Part shown: piece after piece, positions 10,200-16,679 of the stretch | How positions within the stretch are numbered: the stretch's first letter is position 1 | Layout: every line of letters begins with the position of its first letter | From: a virus | Virus record (IMG/VR): IMGVR_UViG_3300032246_003079 | Direction: 5' to 3' (one strand) | DNA: 64,000 nt | The notes under the pieces: generated by a model | What the model saw: the letters and a program-made list of their open reading frames with translations, nothing else | What the model was told of the DNA's origin: nothing | The model's database searches: none | Position numbers and translations under genes: made by a program

Positions 10200-11029
10200 A
10201 TTTTATTTTGTTTTTTTAACTGTCTCACTTTATTATAAACAGAACTTAATTTCTTACCTAATTGTTTAGAACACTCAACAGAGGTTATCTTACCATAATT
10301 TTCAATTAAGAAATTTTCATCTTTTTTTGACCAAAATTTAATTGATTTTTCATTTATGTAATTAACTATGTCAATGTATTTTTTATATTTTCTACTAAAC
10401 CCAATGTTATCATAATCACAATATATGTAATCACATAATATTTTAACATCGTTTTTTTTATTAACTCTAAAATGTGAATACCCACCCATTTTAACAACCC
10501 AATTATTAATTATAAAATTAATGTTTAATTTGTTGCACAAATCAATCATAAAAGACCAATCTTGATTATATGGACCAGCAAAAACAACATCTATTCCATA
10601 TTTTTTACCTAATTTAATACATCCGTCACCATCTAAATACCCGCGAAACCAATGTTTTTTTAAGTCTTCAGGTATTGAGTGTAAAATTTTATTAGGGGAT
10701 GAATTTGATTTATTAGTATAATCGTTTTTTTTTAATATTTCAAATAACCCCCAAGTTGACGTTGATATTTTTTTTTGGTTTTTAACTTGTTTACCTTTAT
10801 GTGTTTTAATTATAGGTTTACTTATATTCCAATGACCCGTCTTTAAAAAAATATTAATAACGTCGTTTATGTCCGATTCGCTACAATTTATAGAAGTTAA
10901 CTTATGTTCTTCCCTAATATGACCATCTGCCCATAAAAGACCTAAGATATATGACGATTCTTTATTAAATTTATTTTCAAATAATGAAACATCCACCTTT
11001 TTTTTATTTTTATTTTCACCTTTATTCAT
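10196..11029 (-). CDS. Free-standing LAGLIDADG homing endonuclease with C-terminal HTH-like tail
   Basis: Two motifs, SYILGLLWADG and WFRGYLDGDG; C-terminal WSKKDENFL...LGKKLSSVYNK. Confidence 0.85.
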   Translation of the reverse strand: MNKGENKNKKKVDVSLFENKFNKESSYILGLLWADGHIREEHKLTSINCSESDINDVINIFLKTGHWNISKPIIKTHKGKQVKNQKKISTSTWGLFEILKKNDYTNKSNSSPNKILHSIPEDLKKHWFRGYLDGDGCIKLGKKYGIDVVFAGPYNQDWSFMIDLCNKLNINFIINNWVVKMGGYSHFRVNKKNDVKILCDYIYCDYDNIGFSRKYKKYIDIVNYINEKSIKFWSKKDENFLIENYGKITSVECSKQLGKKLSSVYNKVRQLKKQNKI

Positions 11030-11094
11030 CTTGTTATATTTTTACATAATGTTATTTAAATATAAATATATGATAAAACAAAAAAGGATTTAAT

Positions 11095-11697
11095 TTAAAA
11101 CAAATTCGTACTTCCAAATCCATTATCATTTCGGTCTTTTGAACCTAAATTTGAAATTTGTGTTAAATTAACCCATTTACCACTAACAACAGGACAAAGA
11201 ACCGCTTGGGCGATTTTTTGACCTTTTTCAATTTTAACTTTTTCTTGAGTGGTGTTAAATAAAATAACTTGTATTTCACCTAAGTACCCACTATCAACCG
11301 TGCCGGGTGAATTTAAAACAAATAATCCTTGATTTAATGCTAAACCACTTTTAGACCTTACTTGTATTTCATAACCATCGGGAATATCAAATTTCAAACC
11401 TGTGGGTATTAAAACTCTTGAATTTGGAAAAACGCATTTTTCTTCTGACGCCCTTAAATCAAACCCTGAATCACTTTTATATGCGTATTCAGGGTTTTGG
11501 TTCTCACTATTATTTACAAACTTTAAATCAACTGCAGATGTAAATTGGCCTTCAAAATGTTCATTAATTTCATCAACATTAAGTCCCATGGATTTTAACA
11601 TACTTTCAGGATTAGTCATGTCAACATCACCAAATTGAGATTGAAGCTCCTTTAAAGCTTTCATGCTATTTTTTAAATCTTTTATATTTTCAAACAT
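11095..11697 (-). CDS. dut: Trimeric dUTPase with ~55-aa N-terminal extension
   Basis: SGFDL, RSKSGLA, NSPGTVDSGYLGEI, KIAQ and GFGST motifs 1-5. Confidence 0.92.
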   Translation of the reverse strand: MFENIKDLKNSMKALKELQSQFGDVDMTNPESMLKSMGLNVDEINEHFEGQFTSAVDLKFVNNSENQNPEYAYKSDSGFDLRASEEKCVFPNSRVLIPTGLKFDIPDGYEIQVRSKSGLALNQGLFVLNSPGTVDSGYLGEIQVILFNTTQEKVKIEKGQKIAQAVLCPVVSGKWVNLTQISNLGSKDRNDNGFGSTNLF

Positions 11698-12425
11698 TAT
11701 TTTAAACTTTTTAATTTTTTTATTGATTCAATCAAAACATCAACATCTTTTTCACAGTATTTTGCAATTTCATCAAGTCTACTCTGATTCCAATATGCCT
11801 GATGAACCATACCTCCATTTATTTCACCATCTTTTGGTGTTGGAATATCTAAACAAGAACACATTAAATCTAAAGAACCAATTGAACTATACGAACCATA
11901 TTGCCAAATTTCTTTGGTGTCAATCGCTTTCACTTCCCATGGTTTGGTGTCGTATGACGGAAGTATTTTTGATGGCATAATATTGTTAATAATCATACGT
12001 TTTGCCAACATAGGAATATCAAAGTTTTTTAAATTATGTCCACACAAATAAAAATCTAATTTGTGACAACGGTCTAATAAATTTCTAACTTCCAATAGCA
12101 AATCCTCTTCGTTGTCATTTTTAAAAGTTTGTTTTTTTACATCACCGTTTTCTAAAACAAATGCCATTGATACACAAACAATTTTAGCAAACTCTGGAAC
12201 AAGTGCCGCTCTTGAAGAATAAACATCATTCATTTTTTGAAGTTCTTCTTCAAGACCATTTGTCTCAACGTCATCTTCAGGAAATCGTTTTAAAAACCAA
12301 TCAAAGTATTTAACAAATTGTTCAGCAATTTTAGGGTGATTTTCTTGACAAGTCCGCCAATCCTTACATATACCAACAGTTTCAATGTCGATAAATAAAA
12401 TTTTGTTAATAGGTATGTTTATCAT
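11697..12425 (-). CDS. Stand-alone PolB-type 3'-5' exonuclease (DEDDy)
   Basis: FIDIET, GHNLKNFDIP, YCEKDV. Confidence 0.85.
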   Translation of the reverse strand: MINIPINKILFIDIETVGICKDWRTCQENHPKIAEQFVKYFDWFLKRFPEDDVETNGLEEELQKMNDVYSSRAALVPEFAKIVCVSMAFVLENGDVKKQTFKNDNEEDLLLEVRNLLDRCHKLDFYLCGHNLKNFDIPMLAKRMIINNIMPSKILPSYDTKPWEVKAIDTKEIWQYGSYSSIGSLDLMCSCLDIPTPKDGEINGGMVHQAYWNQSRLDEIAKYCEKDVDVLIESIKKLKSLK

Positions 12426-13682
12426 TTTATTAAAGATTTATAAAGTTCCGCTCTATTTTTTGTGACCACATTCAAATCATATGTGTCTTTCACCGTTTCA
12501 TACAATCGTTGTCCCAAGTCATAAGCAAAGTTAGGATTATCAATTAATTTTTTCATGTTTTTAGCCCAATCACTATGATTTTTTACTTCATCTACTAAAA
12601 GTGCGTTTCCGTCAGAGAATTGACCATTTTTTAATGCGTGTTTTAAATCAATAGTGTAGGGACCAACATTTGAAGCAATAATTGCTTTTTTGTAAAAACC
12701 AGCTTCAATAACTTTTAATTGCGACTTAACTCGGTTAAAAATATGATTTACAATCGGTGATAATGAAACGTCAAATAATCTATAATTTGAAGCATAACTT
12801 GTAACAGGTTTTGTCCAAACTCGATTGTAAAAAGGTTCAGACTCCATAATATATTCTGAATCCTCAAATTTTTTCAAATATTCAATATGTTGGGGGGAAA
12901 CCATTTTATAATTGTCAGTAAAAATTTCTTCATAACGAGCCCATACGGTTTCTTCTGGTCGTATTGGTCTTTGTTTTTGTTCTCCCGTTTCTTTATTAAT
13001 TTCAGTAACACTTCCTCTTGTATCAAAACCACATAAATACAATGAAAATTTGTCATGACTATCTTTTAATTTATTCGTAACGCCGCTTAACAATTTTAAA
13101 TCGTGTAAGTGAGAAGAACCACCCAACCATCCAAAACGAAGTTTATCTGACGGTTTTGTTTCATGGTTAAATTGAGCTTCTTTTGGATTAATTGCATTTG
13201 GAAGAACGTATACGTTTTTATTAATTTTAGATATTTCTGAAGCAAATAAAGATGTTGTTGTTGTTACATGTGCCGCCACTTTTAGATTTGCAACTATCTT
13301 TTGATTTATTTTGTTCTGTATGATTAGTTGATGAATTGGGTGCTCTTTAGTTGGCAACCAATAATCATCTAAATCCATAATTGTAATTACACCAATAGAA
13401 TTTAATGTTTGAATTAATTTATTGGATTGGTCAAAATCTTGACCAATTGACCTATGGAAATGTACAATGTCGTATTGTTTCCAATAGTTATAATCATTAA
13501 TTTTTGGGTCATAATCTATATCTATGTGAAATTCATCTGAGTGATTATTTTGTAACATTACGTGGGGGTCTACAGACCTAAATTTTCCTTTAAATTCAGC
13601 CAACTCCAGTACGGTCGCTAGGGACGCATAGAACCCTAATTTTTTTGCGAACGTCTGGAGTTGGATTGCTCTCTTGATTCAT
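12422..13682 (-). CDS. GT-B (GT4-like) glycosyltransferase in two frames: 13682-13599 and 13585-12422, separated by a 13-nt insertion (about 415 aa if rejoined)
   Basis: An A-rich-context ATG at 13682 gives MNQESNPTPDVRKKIRVLCVPSDRTGVG-stop. Removing 13587-13599 joins it in frame to KFRSVDPH. Downstream are DLDDYW, VLPNAI, GWLGGSSH and KSQLKVIEAG. Confidence 0.8.
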
Positions 13683-14037
13683 GTTTTTTTATTAAGTTAT
13701 TTATTATTTGTGGGTTTGATTTCAATTCAGACTCCCACACCACTTCAAAAAAATAACCATTACTTTTTATTAAGTCAATTTTATTATTATCATATTCCCA
13801 TAATTCTTGTGCGGTTTTTTTCTTTACTTGGTGATAATAACTTGCGTCGTATTTTTTTGGGTTACAATGCCAATAATCTCCATTATATTCAATAATTAAA
13901 TTTAATTTAGGTATATATATGTCACATATTTTTGTGTCAATTTTTAATGAATGTTTTACTTGGTAACCCATATTTTTTATTTCTTCCAATATTTCTTTCT
14001 CTTTTTTAGACCTATTAATTGATTTTATTTTTCCCAT
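13636..14037 (-). CDS. Vsr/DUF559-like (EDxHD-type) endonuclease, free-standing
   Basis: SKKEKEI, CDIYIP, LIIEYNGDYWHCNP, D..K...GY...VWESE; its 3' end overlaps the true start of the glycosyltransferase. Confidence 0.75.
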   Translation of the reverse strand: MGKIKSINRSKKEKEILEEIKNMGYQVKHSLKIDTKICDIYIPKLNLIIEYNGDYWHCNPKKYDASYYHQVKKKTAQELWEYDNNKIDLIKSNGYFFEVVWESELKSNPQIINNLIKKHESREQSNSRRSQKN

Positions 14038-14077
14038 AATATGATTAATAGTCCCGACCTATCAAAAGGTAATAAAA

Positions 14078-14105
14078 TAAAAAATCCACCTAAAATAGGT
14101 GGATT
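14078..14105 (-). terminator. Rho-independent terminator
   Basis: AATCCACCT-ATTTT-AGGTGGATT followed by a T-run on the minus strand, just after 14129..14764. Confidence 0.75.
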
Positions 14106-14128
14106 GCATTTTTTGATTTTATTTAAGG

Positions 14129-14764
14129 TTATTTTACTTTTTGAATTTTTGTAACTCTACCTAAAAATATGTGCTTACCAACTTTAAATTGGATTGATTC
14201 GTTAGCATCTTCAGATGATTCACTAATGACACCCGCATCTTGTAATTCTTCTCTAATAACATCTCTTACAACATCTCTTACCACATCTCTAATTATTGTT
14301 TTCATTTCATTCATGTTGAATTGTGATTGTGTGTTTTGAGTTGTTGTTTTGGTGTTTGATTTTGGTAATGATTCGGATGGTTGTGAGTTTTTATTCTCCA
14401 TCTTCATTAGTCTTTGAGCCCCCTCGATTATATCATCAGATATAGACGCACTTGACATAGTATTAGGTTGTACAATAGGTCTTTCAATCATTAATTTTTT
14501 AATTTCATCTGGTAGTTTTGAATTTAAAATTTTTGATTCTTCAATCGGTTTTGTTGGGTCGTAATTTGATTTTTGACTTGTCGACGGACTTTCAGACAAA
14601 AATTCTTGAGGTAAATTATACGTTGCTTGAGGAGTATTAAAACTCTCTAACATTGGTGCTGCATTAATATTTTGTGGAATTTCACCTCTTTTTATTGTGC
14701 TCTGTCTGTCCATAATTTTTTTGGACACGGCCAATCTTTGCATTAATTCTTCTGCTGATGACAT
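14129..14764 (-). CDS. Hypothetical protein (possible virion-internal protein)
   Basis: 211-aa ORF with low-complexity middle and an RDVVRDVVRDVIREE helix. Confidence 0.7.
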   Translation of the reverse strand: MSSAEELMQRLAVSKKIMDRQSTIKRGEIPQNINAAPMLESFNTPQATYNLPQEFLSESPSTSQKSNYDPTKPIEESKILNSKLPDEIKKLMIERPIVQPNTMSSASISDDIIEGAQRLMKMENKNSQPSESLPKSNTKTTTQNTQSQFNMNEMKTIIRDVVRDVVRDVIREELQDAGVISESSEDANESIQFKVGKHIFLGRVTKIQKVK

Positions 14765-14777
14765 ATTTTTTTATTTT

Positions 14778-15167
14778 TTATTCATTATCAAATTTAGCGT
14801 TAACTAAAACTCTAATCATTGATTTATCACCTTGTGGATTATAGTTAGGTCTAACTTCATCAAAGTTATCAAAGGAGGGTTTATATGTAAAGATTTTATC
14901 TACTCTAAATAATCTCCAACCTGGTAAAACATTACCTTTATTTTGTGCACTGTAGGAAGCACCTTCTCTTTCCCACGCTCTTAAAACCATATTATCTCTT
15001 TTTGAAAATCCTAAACACACAGGCTCTATTGTTCTATATCCTTTACCACCATTATCATTACCATCATAGTAAATTGTTACCACGTTTCTTTTTTTAATAG
15101 AATCCGTCATGTCAGAAATCGCAGCAATTTCTGTAATCAATTCACTAAGATTGTTGACTAATTTCAT
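14778..15167 (-). CDS. Stand-alone WYL-domain protein
   Basis: VTIYY...RTIEPVCLG...VLRAW...GWRLFRVDKI pattern. Confidence 0.75.
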   Translation of the reverse strand: MKLVNNLSELITEIAAISDMTDSIKKRNVVTIYYDGNDNGGKGYRTIEPVCLGFSKRDNMVLRAWEREGASYSAQNKGNVLPGWRLFRVDKIFTYKPSFDNFDEVRPNYNPQGDKSMIRVLVNAKFDNE

Positions 15168-15457
15168 TGTGGAACGTAATAAGGATTTTTTTCTGAAAAT
15201 TTATTACTTTTCAAATCGTCTTTTCTTTCAAATCTATCAAGTGCTGTTCCTGCATTTTGATTGTATATATCTAAATCACCACCAGTACCTCTACCTTTAC
15301 CGTCACCATCTGCTAATGCTGCAGGATTAACGCTTGAATAAGGATTAACTTCCTTGAAATCATTACGAGCAAACATTTTTCTTCTTTGTTCTTCAGCAAT
15401 TTTTGACAATGTGTTGTCAGGTTGCGAAAAATCTAATTTATCTGATTGAACTGCCAT
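15164..15457 (-). CDS. Hypothetical protein
   Basis: 97-aa ORF, translationally coupled to both neighbours. Confidence 0.7.
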   Translation of the reverse strand: MAVQSDKLDFSQPDNTLSKIAEEQRRKMFARNDFKEVNPYSSVNPAALADGDGKGRGTGGDLDIYNQNAGTALDRFERKDDLKSNKFSEKNPYYVPQ

Positions 15458-15921
15458 TACAATATTTTTTTAATTAAATCGTTTATTTTTTTAACTTCTT
15501 CTTTTATTGATGTATCAAATTTATTTCCCCCCTTTTCATGTCTTTTACTTGGTATTAAATTAATGCCATTTTTTTCATGAGTGTCGTTAAACTGGTTTTG
15601 CATTCCCGTATCACTTTTAACTTTTTTTCCACTTTCAACACTGTTTCTCCATGTTTTTAAAACCTCATCACACCAAGATTTCATTCTATCGCCACCGTTT
15701 AAAATAAAAGGGGCATCTTTTTTATTTCCGTTGTAACCGTCAAACCAATTTTTTATTCTTTTTATTTGTTGGTATGTTGCAACTTTTTTTTCACGCAATT
15801 CTTTATTTCTATTATACCCTTCAGTTCCTTCGTCACCATCTGTCGAACTAAAACATTGTTCTAAATGTTTTAACAATGTATCGGGTACAACTGCCTTTCT
15901 ATCGTATAATGAACTATTCAT
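15457..15921 (-). CDS. Hypothetical protein
   Basis: 154-aa ORF within the operon. Confidence 0.7.
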   Translation of the reverse strand: MNSSLYDRKAVVPDTLLKHLEQCFSSTDGDEGTEGYNRNKELREKKVATYQQIKRIKNWFDGYNGNKKDAPFILNGGDRMKSWCDEVLKTWRNSVESGKKVKSDTGMQNQFNDTHEKNGINLIPSKRHEKGGNKFDTSIKEEVKKINDLIKKIL

Positions 15922-16630
15922 CTTTTAACATATAAATTAATTCTTGAAGAGAAATGTTGTTGTCATTTGCCATTTTTTTAAGGGCTTTTACATTTTTTTT
16001 AATTAAATCACCAATGACACCATCGTCAGATTTTCTTGATTTGTCTAATAAAATTTCCTCATCTAATTCCAATTCTTTTAGTATTTCTCTATCTATAAAC
16101 CCTTTTTTCTTTTTTATTTGTGGAGGTGTTTTTTTATCTAACCCTTTTTTCTTTCCTTGGTCTAATGTTCTTACTTTTGCGTTTTGTGGTTTTAACTTTA
16201 ATTCTTTTTTGAAAAATTTCTCTGTTTCTTTTGCATCCATAAATTTTGTGTCTTCGAAACCAAAAGCCTTCGACATGTCAATTTCTTTTACGTGACCTTC
16301 ACCATAATAACCATACCAACCCCTTAAAAGTGGGTCTCTTGGGTTTTTACTCATAGAAACAATTTTATCTGTAGTTGTCGGGTTGTTTTTTGTTCCTGTC
16401 GTTGCAGGATTCAAAATAGGTATAGAAGATGATTTCCAAGTTCCATCATCATCTACCAATTCTGTAACCTCACCATCTGAGTTTTTTGTTTTTTTTGTGA
16501 AAATTTCATGACTCTTACAAGGCATAAAAATCTTCTTACCTTTTTCTGTATGTTGGTGTGAACCTGTACATCCTAAAGTCTTAGCAACTCTTTCTGCTCT
16601 TTCTTTTGTAGAATATTTATAAGTTTTCAT
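15914..16630 (-). CDS. Hypothetical basic protein with a possible N-terminal Cys/His metal site
   Basis: GCTGSHQH...MPCKSH; preceded by a TATTTATA motif. Confidence 0.7.
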   Translation of the reverse strand: MKTYKYSTKERAERVAKTLGCTGSHQHTEKGKKIFMPCKSHEIFTKKTKNSDGEVTELVDDDGTWKSSSIPILNPATTGTKNNPTTTDKIVSMSKNPRDPLLRGWYGYYGEGHVKEIDMSKAFGFEDTKFMDAKETEKFFKKELKLKPQNAKVRTLDQGKKKGLDKKTPPQIKKKKGFIDREILKELELDEEILLDKSRKSDDGVIGDLIKKNVKALKKMANDNNISLQELIYMLKDE

Positions 16631-16679
16631 TTAATACTTTTTATATAAATATCTTCTGTTAAAGTATTTATTAATAAAA

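Noticed and set aside
13587-13599. Group I/II intron or stop-codon reassignment as the explanation of the gap
   Set aside because: 13 nt cannot form a ribozyme, and no register gives the U|...G group I boundaries. Readthrough would not fix the frame change. TGA and TAG act as normal stops elsewhere in the window.
13586-13603. ORF-track TTG start at 13603 for the glycosyltransferase (MAEFKG...)
   Set aside because: It lacks the first strand and Gly-loop of the fold, which are encoded just upstream in another frame. The TTG is buried in a strong stem and lacks the A-rich context.
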